From NCBI GenBank assembly GCA_001643675.2, contig LSRY02000027.1, positions 434,001-498,000 on the forward strand: a DNA stretch of 64,000 nucleotides. The letters run 5' to 3'. The DNA comes from Monocercomonoides exilis PA203 (taxonomy: Eukaryota; Protista; Preaxostyla). Below the pieces are notes generated by a model. The model searched no databases. It saw nothing but the letters and a program-made list of their open reading frames with translations, and was not told the origin of the DNA. The position numbers and the translations under genes are program-made. Positions 50,401 to 62,386 of this stretch are shown piece after piece (within the stretch, counting starts at the first letter, position 1; each line of letters opens with the position of its first letter).

Positions 50401-52465
50401 GAGAAGTGGCCAAAGAGCTTTTTCCCGAAGCATTCGATAGAACAGAACTCTTTGTCGCGTGTATGTCCACTCCCAGTTCGTCCATCAGAGAGACCTCTGC
50501 CTTCAAAATAGACACAGCCGGGAGTGGAGTGATGGTTTTGCCATAGCACTGGATCCCGATGGGCTTCGCACCTCCGCACAATTGCATCTTCAGCAGCTGC
50601 TCGAACTCGCCCAGCTGCCCAGGGCTGAACGTGACACGGACACTCACAATGTGCTGCGGTGCGATGCGGCCTTGGCTTGGCGAGGCAGAAAAGAAGGGCA
50701 CTTTCTGGAACGAGAAAGGCACAGACAGGTCGGGCGTGTCGTTCCGCAGCTGCACAACAGCGTCTGCTCGGTCATTCAGAAAGCAGTTGCCAAAGTCGAT
50801 CACCTGCTTGTCCACCACCACCTGTGGGCGGAGCACCCTGCCTTTCAGACACAGCTGCGTGCACTGCCCTGTCTCTGCCACCTCAATCGTCGCCTTCACA
50901 TTCACATCTTCGCCTTCGATGCGGTGGCCAGGCACCACGTCCTTTGTCATCCCCAGCGGAGGCGGGGCGAATGTGATGGCAACTGGAATCGACGAGCACG
51001 AAGACACTGAGCCGATCATCGGGTCGAACAAGATGTGCTTGGTGGTGGTGCGCTTAGAAATCAGCTGCGCATATGCCTCGCTCGAAATGTCTGTCTCTGT
51101 CAGCGTTATCCTCTCGCGCGGACGCGGAAGCTCTCCCGATGCCCTCAACTGCGCAGTCGGCTGGCGCTTTTGGGAGGCTGAAGTTGGCTGTGAATATGCT
51201 GCTTCATTTGCTGGAGCTGTGGTTTCTTCTATTTGCAGTGGGCGTGTTTTTTTGCCCTTCTTGTTTGTTCCTAACGCTGCTCCTTTTGTTCGATTCGTTT
51301 TAGGAGATGTTTGAGGAGATGACAAATTTCGGCTGCCAGAAGGTGCTTGCGAAGATCTTAAAGGAGATTCACCTCGAGTAGCCGATGAAGATGATGAAGA
51401 TGATGCAGACGAGGAAGGTTGAAGCGAAGCAAAAGCAGAAGCAGAAGCGTTCGGAAATGTTGATGAATTGCTTGGTGGAGTTGATGAGTAGACTATCAGC
51501 GATAATTCCTTTGAGCGGCGGCTTAACGTGAAAGAAGAAGGCTGAGGTCCTTCATTCATCAACAGCGTATTTACAGTTTTTTTCTCTCCATAAAATAGGG
51601 ATCCAAAGTTAATTTCGGTAATAGAATTAGATGCATTTGATGGATAAACAAGATCAACTTTTTGTTGCATGATATTTCCTGTGACGAGAAGGAATCCATG
51701 ATTTCCGTTATACTTTTCAATTGAAGGAGAGTCAAGGGGGCTTGTCAATCCATTTGTACACTTAACCGGAATCGAAATTTTTATTGGGCCAACTGTTCGA
51801 GCTTGTAATTCAACGCGAACTTTCATTACTGATGAAGGGCGATACGAAGACTGAATTCCATAAAATCCATCTTTTTCAAAATCAGATTCTTGAGATTCAT
51901 TACTGATTGTTGACTTTTCAAATAACAAAGGTTCGTTTGCTCCAAGATCGGAAACAGGAAGCAATGTTCCGCTTGATGGTGTAATCCTTAGAATTTCCTC
52001 ACAACCAGACAAATCAAAAGAGAAGTCTCCTTGTCTCGTTCCAGCATTCCATATGCGCAAATATTTAGATGTACATGAATTTAAAGAAACATTTCCAAAA
52101 TCTGTACCAGCGTCCCACATTATATTTGCCATTTTTGGAAATGCTTTGCAAAGAATGCAAATATCTAATGATTGAGTGATATCAGTTTTGTTCAATCCTT
52201 CAGATGATATTAAAATTGATGTTTCAATTTCTCTTTCATCCTTGCAGTGAAATATAGCAGTTATTACATGTTTCATACCAGGAGCAATTGTTATTAATTT
52301 ATGCACATCAAGAATTTCAAATTGAGGATTTTCTGGCATATGAATCTTCAAATTCATAGGCCTCGGAGATGTGTTTTGTATGCATAAATTTTCCTGATAT
52401 GTTACCCCTTGTAAAACATCTCGAAAAATTAGTTCTGATGGGGAAATATCATAACCGTTTTTCAT
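38406..52465 (-). CDS. CFAP47: CFAP47-like giant ciliary protein (multiple ASH/MSP Ig-like domains plus a CH domain), ~4632 aa, 2 exons
   Basis: N-terminus ISPSELIFRDV..YQENLCIQN..; repeated IDFG..(LxN) ASH motifs; CH domain SNYYSAPQILLLKWL...NFGADLSDGVVL. Phase-1 intron 50331-50171 (G|GTCTGT...CCAG|CG) joins the 715-aa and 3901-aa ORFs in frame. Confidence 0.88.
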
Positions 52466-53116
52466 TACTGATCTTATAAGTAATTTTTATATTGAAAATA
52501 TCTATTGACAATTGGAAACGAAAGTATTTAAGAATATGAAGATTGGAGTACCAATTTGGCAGCTAACTGTTTCAAGAATATTTGAAGTATTTTTGATGTT
52601 TATGGAATAAGTTATTTTTGTTTTATTTTTATTTTGTCTCCACAAACTTATTGATAAAAGATTGTTTTTTGATTTGCAAATTGATTACTTAAAAAAATTG
52701 AGACTGGGTAACTGACTGACTTTGACTTGAAAAAAAGTAATATAAGCTCAAATTTTTGCAATTATGAAAAAACCTTAGATTTATTCCATTCATTTTCTGC
52801 AATCATATCATTACACATCAACCAGAACAATGCAAAAAATTACTGAAAAATTCTAAAATTTAGAAAAAAATTTTTGAAAATGTTGAATGGAACAAAATTC
52901 ATAAATCAAAATATTTTTTCCCATATTCTTCTCATTGATTCACAATTATTTCTCAAAAATTTTGAATCAAAGACTATTGAAAGAAAGTGCATTGATCTTT
53001 AAAAATATATAAGCAATACTAACCAATCTGTCTATCAATCTGTAACAATTTCTCTCTCTCTTTTCTCTTTCTCTTTTTGCATTTTGCATTTTACATCTTG
53101 CATTTTGAACGGGGAA

Positions 53117-53692
53117 ATGGAGTGTGCTGCTTGGTTTATGCTCAGAGCACGGGTGCTGGCATTCATTGTGTGCTATTTGATTTTTGTTGTTGTGATGTTA
53201 CTTGGGATTATGAATTTCTGATTTATTGTGATTTGCCTTTCTCACACTTTTATTTATTTATTTATTTATTAATTCATTCTTGCCATGCAACATGGCTGAT
53301 GATTGTTTTGACAATTCTCCAATTTTGATTCTTGCTTTGATTCTTGTTTTTGATATGCGTTCTTTTGTACTGTGTGCTCTGTTTGCAGCGGCTGCATATC
53401 GGATTCAGCGAGCAAGCGGGATGCGCAGAAGTTCGAGTGTGGGCAAGCTGTGATGTGTGAAGTTGACCTCCGAGAAGGGGAAGGGTGCGTGTACTTCTAC
53501 TGCGAGGGGGTTCAATTGCCTGTTTATATTTGCGGCATTCCGCAGCTGGTGCGTTTTGCTGTGTGCACGTATGGAGTGTCACAGATGAAGCTGCTGAAGG
53601 CGGAGCAAGTGACGCAGCTGCTCTCGCGCCCAAAGGAAGGGCTGCAGCGGATGAACTGGAGCAAAGTGGAGCTTCCTTTCAAAAGGGCTTGA
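53117..53692 (+). CDS. Small SPRY/B30.2-like fragment protein (possibly truncated)
   Basis: GC-rich island reading KFECGQAVMCEVDLREGEGCVYFYCEGVQLPVYICGIPQLVRFAV; possible exon 1 ATGGAGTGTGCTGCTTG|GTTTAT...TGCAG|C joins in frame. Confidence 0.4.
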
Positions 53693-54298
53693 ATGGTGTG
53701 AGGGAGATGAATATTCTTTTTAATGCTACTGGGAAAAAAATAAATTAATAAATAATAAAAAAACACAAGCTGTGATATTTGAAGGAGTTGAAATATGCGC
53801 TTTGCAGAGGCCATAACTTTCATTTCGATGTTTCGATGATTTGTGCGTCTTTGGCTTTTGATTTTATTTGTATTTTCCTTTTTCTTTCATTTTTTTTTTA
53901 ATCTTTTCAAATTACAAGTTTTGTTTTTGCTTTCCTCCACTTTTGGTGTGCCTGCTTGGCAAATGCCAAAAGCGAGATCCTTTATTTGGAGTATTTTTTT
54001 TCCCTTCTTTTTTCATTTTTCATTTTTCAATTTATAAATAACTTATTCACATTTGTGGAACACATTTCTTCTCTTTCTTTCTTTTCTTTCTTTTTTCTTT
54101 TTCCCTTTGATAATTGAACAATCGATAAACAGGCTTGTTTCAAAGACTTTTCTGGAAACCTTCAAAACAGAAACGCAATATGGAAAAAGAAAGAAACTCA
54201 AAAATAAAAAATAAATTGCCTCAAGATTTGTTTTTTTGGATAAATTAAGAGAATTTCATTTCCTGGAATTTGTCTGTTCCCACCCATTCCTTCCAAAG

Positions 54299-57200
54299 TC
54301 ACGCTGCCTCTTCATTCGGCCCCTTCTCTGCTGCGCCTCTTGCTTCTCTGCCACTACTTCTACCACTCCTTCTGCTGCTCATTCTGCTGCTCTCTCCAGA
54401 ATTTGCCACAGACTTTATTGCACTCTCGCCTCCTTCCCCCGACCCGCACAACTCGATTGCATCCGACATCGTCACCATCGCTGCCTTTCCCCCAAAGTGC
54501 CCAACAAACTCTCGCCGCAGCTCGCTCAACGTCGGCCGCTCTCCTGCTGCTCCCGACAGGCTCGCCCGAACAACATTCTCGTATGAGTTCCCTTCCAGCC
54601 TTCTCAGGTCAGGCCTCTCTCCATTCGCAATCTTATCTCCAGCAATCGCAGCCTCATATTCGCCAAAGGGAATAGTCAATGTCAAGCACTCCCACAGCAT
54701 CATCCCGATCGAGAACGCCACCGACTTCTCTGTTGCCTCCAGCTTCTTGTTCATCTGCAATTCAGGCGCCTTCCATCTCAGACACTCCTTTTTGAAGCTA
54801 TCTTCATCTTCGAATGCTGACGAAGGAGGAGGCGAGTCGGTGAATCTCTCGCTCAGCACCGAAATGTTGGAGGAGGAAGAAACAATGGTCAGTGAAGAGA
54901 CGGATGATGAGTCTGAGTCTGAGGAGCAGTCGGAGTGGAGGGCAATGCAGATGACCATGTGCTCAGAGAAGAGCACAATGTGCGGGCTCAGATTGGCCAA
55001 AGAGGGGAGGTCATCTTCCTCGTCCTCAAAGGCGTGGAGCGCCCCATTCGCCACCCAGAACAGGATCTGTGCAGCTGTCATCTCCCTCTCCTGAAGACTT
55101 CCAATCGCCATCTCCTTTGTCTTGTTCTTTCCATGAAGCAGCATGAACAGAGAATCCCTCAAGTCCACAATAAGCTTTTCATGAGGGGATGAGCATGCCA
55201 TCGCATCCACTAAGTTCGACATGGATGAGGTGGTTGGACACAGATCCTCTCCGCGAACAAATGTGGATTCTGTGTCTGAAGTGTCTGTGGTGGAAGTGGA
55301 AGAAATTGACGGAGATGGTGATCTCTTTCGAATCTCTTCTTCTTCAACCTTTTCCAGTGCCCATTCTGGGATCTTGTCAGAATCTCTTCCAAGAATGTAT
55401 TCAGTTGAGCCACACTCGCTCAGCAAATGCTCTGATGACTCGGAGTGCCCCAAGCTTTTCTCATACACTCTTTTCTTTATCTTTTCTTCATTCTTCTTCT
55501 CTGCTTCCCTCTCTGCTCTCTTCCACTGCTCCTCGGGTGACATCTCCATCGTCACCATTTCAAATGCCTTCGGATCCTTTCTGATGTTATCGTTCACAAT
55601 CTCTTCTAACTCTTCGGTTCTTCTCTTTTGCTTTCTCCATCGGATGGTCACAACAACAGATGCAATAATCACGATCATGAGAATTATTGCCATAATGATC
55701 ACGATGATTGGCCAAAGTGATTTTCCTTCTTTCCCTCCTTCGGCAATTCTTTCATCGCTGTTTCCTTGGGTTTCACTTCTGTTCTTCAGGATGAATGCCC
55801 CGGTCGATGAAGGAGCATCTTTCCTGCCAAACAGAATGCACACTGACACTTCTGTCTCTGCACCCACCGCTGCCAGCTGTGCCGACAGAATGGTTGTTTG
55901 GATTTCATTCTCCCCCACATATCCATCTTCCTCGATCTCATGACCCTCGATATGCTCTTCGCTCCCGTCTCTGAAGCACACTCTCACCGACAGATTGCAT
56001 GGCACCAACAACTTTCCGCGCACACTCAGACTTATCTTCTCTCCTCCTCTGCCCATCTCTGCCGACTCCAGCACAGGGATAAACAGCGCAGAAGGTCTCT
56101 CTCCTGCAATCCCCTCCAATGTGCATCCCTCATCCAGAATCCACAGTGATGTGTTATCCTTCAATCCATCTCCTCCTTTCAAGCTGACAACATTCACCAT
56201 TCCCGAATCCGAGCAGAGAATATTTCTTCTGATTGATAGATATTTTTCAATGGATGGGTTGTTGTTCTCAAACTTGCAATCTTCAATTTCCACACTTCCT
56301 CCACGGACAGACAACCCCCCAACTTTCGAATTACACATTGTGGTATCTTTCATTCTTACGTTGCTCTTTGCAACATCCACAAGCGATCCATTCCATTTGC
56401 AGATCTCTATCAATGTGGAATTATCTCTTTCTTCACAAATCGCACTCCCCTCAAATTTGCACGAATCTATCAGGGAATTTCTAACAGATGTGATTGTCAT
56501 TTGGCTTCCTTCTTCAGATTCAGATGTGCACTTGCTGAAAGAGCAATTGCATATTTCATATGTTACCATCGTGTGAGTTGCACAAGAAATGCAAGGGCCT
56601 GCGGTATTTTTGCTGATGTTCACAAATGTTGACAAAAGCAATGAGAAATTCATCGAAGGATTGTTTCCCAATGAAATCACACAACCATTTTCCAAAGAAG
56701 AGTTTGCTGCAGCCAGTCTGCAAACGCTCATGGTTTCACAAGTTCCGCAGTCTATCACAGAATACAGACATTTCACATCACAGATTGTTAGAGCTTCAAA
56801 TTTTGTGCTTCCAGAAGTCAACACAATAAAAGCCGACTTTGTCAATTTCAAGCCACATACGCTGCATCCGTTTGCTTCAAGCATCCCATTTTCAACTTCC
56901 AACAACGAAAAATCAAAAAAACTTTCTGAATTCTTAAAAGGCCTGCTTTCAGACTGAAATGAAACAGATTCGAGAATAAGAGATCCATTCAATTGATTAA
57001 TTATGCACAAGCAGTCAACAACCTGCATTTCATTGAAAGCAAACGATACTTTCTCAAATCGAACAGAATCTGAAGTTGTTATGACACCCATTCCATCTGA
57101 ATGAATCTCAGCCACCATTATCAAGGAATTCTTGCTCGGCTCCATCGACTTTATCGCTGTTCTTTGTGTTGAACAAGATCCCTTCAAAATTGTTTCATTC

Positions 57201-60200
57201 CAGATTAACAACTGAGAGTAATCAGAAGGAATAACATGATCCATCCCAACATTCAATGATGAGCATGCACTCTTCATTTCCCCACAATTCTTGCTGTCGC
57301 TGCTGTTTTCCATAATCGATGACACAAATATGAATTCGCTTCTGAACACAAACACTCTCCTCAGAAGATCCTCTTCATCACGAAAATTGTCTGATATGCT
57401 ACCCCATATCGCCAGCTCCTTCACAAATGGCTCTCCAAAATTTATCAGGAACTGCGACTCACTTATTTGCGAGTCAAGATCAGTGCACTTCACAAACACA
57501 TCTCTCCCCTTCAATGCAACATTCCGAAGGAATGTGATATTCGACAGCACAAATGTCAAAGCCTTCTGTGATGCACTCTGAGATTTCAAAAACAGTCCTC
57601 CACCTCTCCCAACGTTCGAACAGAAGCACTCTGTCACATTTGTGTGATTCATTTCCAGCCTTCCCCTCTCATTTAGTCTGAAAAACACTCCTCCTCCTTC
57701 ATTCGAACTTGTCGATCCACAGCTTTGTATTGATGAATTCTCCATTTTCAATTTGACATCATTTGGCACATCGCAACAAAGCAACGAAGGGTTGTTTGAC
57801 GCATTTTGCCTAACATTCACAAATGTGCATTGCTCAAAAAGAATGCTCCGCTCTTCTCCTGCATTTCCATTCATTCTTCCAGAAATCTCATTTTCAGTGA
57901 ATGCAAAAGCACTTTTCCCACTCAATGAAATATCTTCAAAAGCCACATCATTCATGTTTATCGCGCAATCTTCTGATATTCTCATTATCTCATGCATGGT
58001 TGAGAATCCTGCGATGTTTGTCTTTTCGATCTCAACAAATCCTTTCAAGGCACTGATAAGCATAAATATTACTTCACCTGTCACATTTTCATTTGTGTGA
58101 ATTGAACAACTCACAACACTTGTTTTGACTGCATCTGATCCTGTCTGGATAAGGATGTTTGCTTCATTGTCAAAGGAACTGGGAAAAAGAATCCCCAATT
58201 CACTGAACTGAGCAACACCTTTGCATTCAACAACAGCGTCCCCATTCCCTTCAAGTGCTTGAATAAATTGGATTTTGTCTGATTCCATTTTTGTTCCTTC
58301 CAATTTCATCCCATTCATCCCAATCACACTCTTCACATCGCAAACCCCATGAATCGTCATCACCTCAACTGATGAATTGCTTCCCCGATTCAGCCCATAA
58401 TCAACAGACTTGCATGGAAGATTTGGAAAGCCACACACAACAGCATTGTTTCCATCCTCAGAAATATACACACTCGATCCGATCGATTTCCAGAAATAGA
58501 TCAGTGGGATTGCACATTCCTTGTTTTCTCCATCATACCCCCTCATCGAGTCTTCGGCCAATACCTCCAGTCTGTCTTTTACAAATGGAAGTGTTTCGTT
58601 CTTAACACTCTTTGTAAGCGATGGAGATGAAATGAAAAGATCCTTCCCATATTTCGCATTGTTTGGCTTGTCAGATGAAAAAGTCGGTGAGGATATCACA
58701 AATATTGCTTCTTCTTTCAATATCTTCAGCATCATTCCTCCTCCATATCCAACACTTCCCTCTTCATGTGGTACTGTGCAACAATAAAACTCACACCCGC
58801 TTATCGATAGGTTTGTGTTTGCAGATGCTTCATAAAAGAGTGCTCCCCCTCCGATCTCATTTCCCTCTTCTTCAACAGAACATCCTTCAAATGTGCAGTC
58901 ATTTATTTCCACTTTGTAATCACTTCCAACATCATTGTTCAATACACTTATGCATCCTCCGCTTCCCTTCGAACGAGTGATCGATGAAAATGTGCATCCT
59001 GTTATCTTCTCGATAATCCCCTTGTGGCACTCAACAACACACCCATTACCAAATGTGATTTCAAAAAAATCACTCTTTGTCATATTCATCGAAGGCACAC
59101 TTTCAGCATTCCCCTCAACAACAAATATCGATGAATCTCCTTTTTTCATATTCTCCGATCCAAACTCAATCACCTCCATAGCCCCTCCTACAGCCTTCAC
59201 AAACACTGTCGAAATAGAATCAGTACCTCCTTCCATCCCGCATCCATTCAGTGTGAGCTTCCCTGAATGACACTCAAATACACTTTCATGAAAGGTCAGC
59301 GATTCCTTCAAAGAAAATACAATTCCAGTCACAGACACTGGAACTGAGTTTTCAATCAATCCCTTTTGCGTTCCCTCATTCTGATCTGATACATTGCACT
59401 TCATCACATTCTCTTTGGGTGTAATGCTCCATTCATTTGAACTCAAATCCAGTTCCTCCTCAAATGCATATGGCTCAAGAATGTTTATGTTTTTTTTCTT
59501 CCCTTCAAAGTGTAGCGACACTGCCTTCGAAATGGATGAACATGGAAATTCTTCAAATCCACACTTGGAAAAATCATGGCTCAATGATCCTCCTCCAACA
59601 AATGCTGGCGCAGAAAAGTTGTTCCACAAATAAACACACAGCGGGATTGAGAACGACTCGTCACCATTATCATATCCTTGTATCTTGTTCTTTGTATCGA
59701 ACGAAGCTGTTAACGAGGTTATCCGTCTGCTTTTTGCAGTTGATTCCAGATCGATCGAGTCAACAAAAATATCGCTCCCTAATTTGGCCCTGTTCCCTTC
59801 AAATGCTGATGAAATCAGAAACTCTGCATTTCTGTCTTTCACTTTCAGCCCAATTCCTCCTCCTCTCCCTTGTGTGGCTGAGGCATAACAGTTTCTCACA
59901 ACACCTCCATTCACACTCAATGAATCTCCGCTACCAATTTCAATCATCATTCCCCCTCCAAACTCAGAGGTTTCACTCCCACAGCCATCAAGTGTGCATC
60001 CTTTAAGAGTTATCGAATGTGAACCTTCACCCACATTCATCAGCGATGGCCCTGTTGTTGTCCTCACAATGTTGCTGAACATGCAGTTGTCAAGAGATAG
60101 TGAAACAGTTGATCCTTGAGAAAGAGATATTACATTTGTGGTAATGAATGTTCGTCCCCATTTCACGTCTTTCATTTTCAACTCTCCACCATCAACTTTC

Positions 60201-62236
60201 CCAAGTGAGTTCTGAATGCTCCTCTCTTCTGAATGAGCTGCATCCATCGAAATATTCAATCTTCTTGCCTCAATCTTTCCTGCTCCTCTCACCTCAAATA
60301 TTCTGCATTGTCTGTTGTTGTCAAATGACGTGTTGTGAATAACTGACAAATCACTCACATCCAAATTCCCTGTCACTACAGAAAAAAGTGAAAGGCCTTC
60401 AGAATTCATTTTCATCACGACTCCACATCCTTCAGATTCCACTCCGCTAATCGTATAATCATTTGATTCCACATTCACTTCGTTAAGCTCTTCAATTGTT
60501 CCATGCATAACTTTCACATCCTTCACATAATCAGGTATTAACTGACTTATGCAATGACTTATTGTTTCACATGGATGTGTTTTATCAAATCCACAAAAAA
60601 CTGTGTCTTTCGCTTCATTAACGAATTGTGAATGACTCACAAATCTGATCCAATCTCCAGTATTGTTTAACCACTCACTACGATCAACAATAGTAGCGAA
60701 GTCTATTGACACTCTATTATTTGTTGTTCTAGTTGAAAAACAAGTTTTGTCTATTTCATTTGAAGCTGCCTGGAATAACACTATATCATGACCTCCTTTT
60801 TGAGCAGTATTGTTATGGAAAAAGCAATAATAAAAATGAAGTTTATTTGCATCCAAGTGTGTTTCTGAATGGATCCCTCCTCCACCAACTGATGAAAAGC
60901 AGTTCATGAAAATGCAAGATTGAAAGCATACATTTGTTGAACAATTTATCAAGTCGCATCCTCCTCCCGCTGAACTCGAATTATGGTTTGCACTACAATT
61001 GTCAATCAAGCAATTGATAATACACATTTCTTGTTTTTCACAATTACAATACCAAATATCCAAACCTCCTCCATCGTTTCCTGACCAGCAATTTCTAAAA
61101 GCGCAATTATTTGTTACTATTTGCTTTCCTATGTGAAAACAGCTTTGGCCACCGCCTCCTCCATCTTCATTAAGCATTGCACAAGAACAGTTTTCAAAAC
61201 AACTGTTTTCAACGATGATTTCCGATATGTTTTTGGCAAATATTCCTCCTCCATGAGTCTGAGATGCTGAACAGCTGATAATTGAAGCATTAATCACTGT
61301 CAATGTTGCTGAATCATTATCGTGTACATAAAGAGCTCCTCCACATTTAGCTGAGTTATTAATCCATTCGCAATATTCAAAAGATTGCGTTTCTGTTGTT
61401 GATAACCTGTTGGAATATCTTGATAATACTTCTACTCGATCGTTATTCAGGAATGAAGTATTTGCTGAAAAAAACGATGAGGACAATGAGGTTCCACAAA
61501 TGATTCCTCCTTCAAGAACATTTGTTGAATGATGAATAACACAACATTCAATAAAGCTTTTTAGAGAACCAAATTTCGAACGTTTGTTTTCTAAAAACCT
61601 GTTATTTTGAGTTATGTTCAAAAAAACACAGTTTTTGATTCTTGTTGAAAAACAGCTTCCACAATGAAGAAAACTTCCACATTTGCTAAATTTGAAATTA
61701 CCGAATGATGATTCATGCAGGCTCAAAGAAGCAACAGAAGTTGTTGTTGTCAAACTCATCATTTGTTTCATATTTGTGGATTGATAAGAGATATTGAAAA
61801 AACAAATGTTGCCAAAGCATAGAATTGGTGATATATTCAACAAATCAGATGCAATAATCCTGATATATCGAAAAAAACAAGTTGAGAAAGCATCAACAAA
61901 CATGAAATTATTCAAGCCACATGCATCAAACAACAGTGAAGATACGTTTACAGATGAGTTGATGCATATCACTGAGGCTTTCCTCTCGGTTAATATTTCT
62001 TTGCAAATATCAGATTCAATACACCCACTCTTCAATGAATTAGGAAATGAACAAATTATTGAATAACAATTTTTGTTTTCCTCAAAAAAAATTTTTTCCC
62101 TGATTTTTTCACCTTTATTCAAATAGAAAAAATTACATGGATTATCCTTTTCCGAAATTGATTTCATAATGCAAATTGCTTGATCGCATGCAATGAAGAT
62201 GCACAATATTATTTTGATATTTCCAAATGATGGCAT
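54299..62236 (-). CDS. Giant receptor-like pseudokinase, paralog of 96-9084 (2645 aa)
   Basis: Hydrophobic N-terminus, GGA/GGG and CG..PC motifs, TM WPIIVIIMAIILMIVIIASVVVTI, RWKAPEL/FSIGMMLWECLT/ERP C-lobe. Confidence 0.88.
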   Translation of the reverse strand: MPSFGNIKIILCIFIACDQAICIMKSISEKDNPCNFFYLNKGEKIREKIFFEENKNCYSIICSFPNSLKSGCIESDICKEILTERKASVICINSSVNVSSLLFDACGLNNFMFVDAFSTCFFRYIRIIASDLLNISPILCFGNICFFNISYQSTNMKQMMSLTTTTSVASLSLHESSFGNFKFSKCGSFLHCGSCFSTRIKNCVFLNITQNNRFLENKRSKFGSLKSFIECCVIHHSTNVLEGGIICGTSLSSSFFSANTSFLNNDRVEVLSRYSNRLSTTETQSFEYCEWINNSAKCGGALYVHDNDSATLTVINASIISCSASQTHGGGIFAKNISEIIVENSCFENCSCAMLNEDGGGGGQSCFHIGKQIVTNNCAFRNCWSGNDGGGLDIWYCNCEKQEMCIINCLIDNCSANHNSSSAGGGCDLINCSTNVCFQSCIFMNCFSSVGGGGIHSETHLDANKLHFYYCFFHNNTAQKGGHDIVLFQAASNEIDKTCFSTRTTNNRVSIDFATIVDRSEWLNNTGDWIRFVSHSQFVNEAKDTVFCGFDKTHPCETISHCISQLIPDYVKDVKVMHGTIEELNEVNVESNDYTISGVESEGCGVVMKMNSEGLSLFSVVTGNLDVSDLSVIHNTSFDNNRQCRIFEVRGAGKIEARRLNISMDAAHSEERSIQNSLGKVDGGELKMKDVKWGRTFITTNVISLSQGSTVSLSLDNCMFSNIVRTTTGPSLMNVGEGSHSITLKGCTLDGCGSETSEFGGGMMIEIGSGDSLSVNGGVVRNCYASATQGRGGGIGLKVKDRNAEFLISSAFEGNRAKLGSDIFVDSIDLESTAKSRRITSLTASFDTKNKIQGYDNGDESFSIPLCVYLWNNFSAPAFVGGGSLSHDFSKCGFEEFPCSSISKAVSLHFEGKKKNINILEPYAFEEELDLSSNEWSITPKENVMKCNVSDQNEGTQKGLIENSVPVSVTGIVFSLKESLTFHESVFECHSGKLTLNGCGMEGGTDSISTVFVKAVGGAMEVIEFGSENMKKGDSSIFVVEGNAESVPSMNMTKSDFFEITFGNGCVVECHKGIIEKITGCTFSSITRSKGSGGCISVLNNDVGSDYKVEINDCTFEGCSVEEEGNEIGGGALFYEASANTNLSISGCEFYCCTVPHEEGSVGYGGGMMLKILKEEAIFVISSPTFSSDKPNNAKYGKDLFISSPSLTKSVKNETLPFVKDRLEVLAEDSMRGYDGENKECAIPLIYFWKSIGSSVYISEDGNNAVVCGFPNLPCKSVDYGLNRGSNSSVEVMTIHGVCDVKSVIGMNGMKLEGTKMESDKIQFIQALEGNGDAVVECKGVAQFSELGILFPSSFDNEANILIQTGSDAVKTSVVSCSIHTNENVTGEVIFMLISALKGFVEIEKTNIAGFSTMHEIMRISEDCAINMNDVAFEDISLSGKSAFAFTENEISGRMNGNAGEERSILFEQCTFVNVRQNASNNPSLLCCDVPNDVKLKMENSSIQSCGSTSSNEGGGVFFRLNERGRLEMNHTNVTECFCSNVGRGGGLFLKSQSASQKALTFVLSNITFLRNVALKGRDVFVKCTDLDSQISESQFLINFGEPFVKELAIWGSISDNFRDEEDLLRRVFVFRSEFIFVSSIMENSSDSKNCGEMKSACSSLNVGMDHVIPSDYSQLLIWNETILKGSCSTQRTAIKSMEPSKNSLIMVAEIHSDGMGVITTSDSVRFEKVSFAFNEMQVVDCLCIINQLNGSLILESVSFQSESRPFKNSESFFDFSLLEVENGMLEANGCSVCGLKLTKSAFIVLTSGSTKFEALTICDVKCLYSVIDCGTCETMSVCRLAAANSSLENGCVISLGNNPSMNFSLLLSTFVNISKNTAGPCISCATHTMVTYEICNCSFSKCTSESEEGSQMTITSVRNSLIDSCKFEGSAICEERDNSTLIEICKWNGSLVDVAKSNVRMKDTTMCNSKVGGLSVRGGSVEIEDCKFENNNPSIEKYLSIRRNILCSDSGMVNVVSLKGGDGLKDNTSLWILDEGCTLEGIAGERPSALFIPVLESAEMGRGGEKISLSVRGKLLVPCNLSVRVCFRDGSEEHIEGHEIEEDGYVGENEIQTTILSAQLAAVGAETEVSVCILFGRKDAPSSTGAFILKNRSETQGNSDERIAEGGKEGKSLWPIIVIIMAIILMIVIIASVVVTIRWRKQKRRTEELEEIVNDNIRKDPKAFEMVTMEMSPEEQWKRAEREAEKKNEEKIKKRVYEKSLGHSESSEHLLSECGSTEYILGRDSDKIPEWALEKVEEEEIRKRSPSPSISSTSTTDTSDTESTFVRGEDLCPTTSSMSNLVDAMACSSPHEKLIVDLRDSLFMLLHGKNKTKEMAIGSLQEREMTAAQILFWVANGALHAFEDEEDDLPSLANLSPHIVLFSEHMVICIALHSDCSSDSDSSSVSSLTIVSSSSNISVLSERFTDSPPPSSAFEDEDSFKKECLRWKAPELQMNKKLEATEKSVAFSIGMMLWECLTLTIPFGEYEAAIAGDKIANGERPDLRRLEGNSYENVVRASLSGAAGERPTLSELRREFVGHFGGKAAMVTMSDAIELCGSGEGGESAIKSVANSGESSRMSSRRSGRSSGREARGAAEKGPNEEAA

Positions 62237-62386
62237 CTATTTATGAATGGCTCTTTTTTTTTGAAAAATATATTTCTTTCGATCATTATTCCCATTCTTA
62301 TAACAAAAAGTGTTTTTCAACTTTTCAAAATATACTGAATTCTGTTAAAAATTTTAATTATTTTTCACAAAAAATTTTGATTCCTT

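Noticed and set aside
50318-52465. Separate 715-aa gene
   Set aside because: Joins the 3901-aa ORF in frame through intron 50331-50171 as the CFAP47 N-terminus.
52740-52980. Weak inverted symmetry upstream of CFAP47
   Set aside because: Too short and AT-rich to distinguish from chance.
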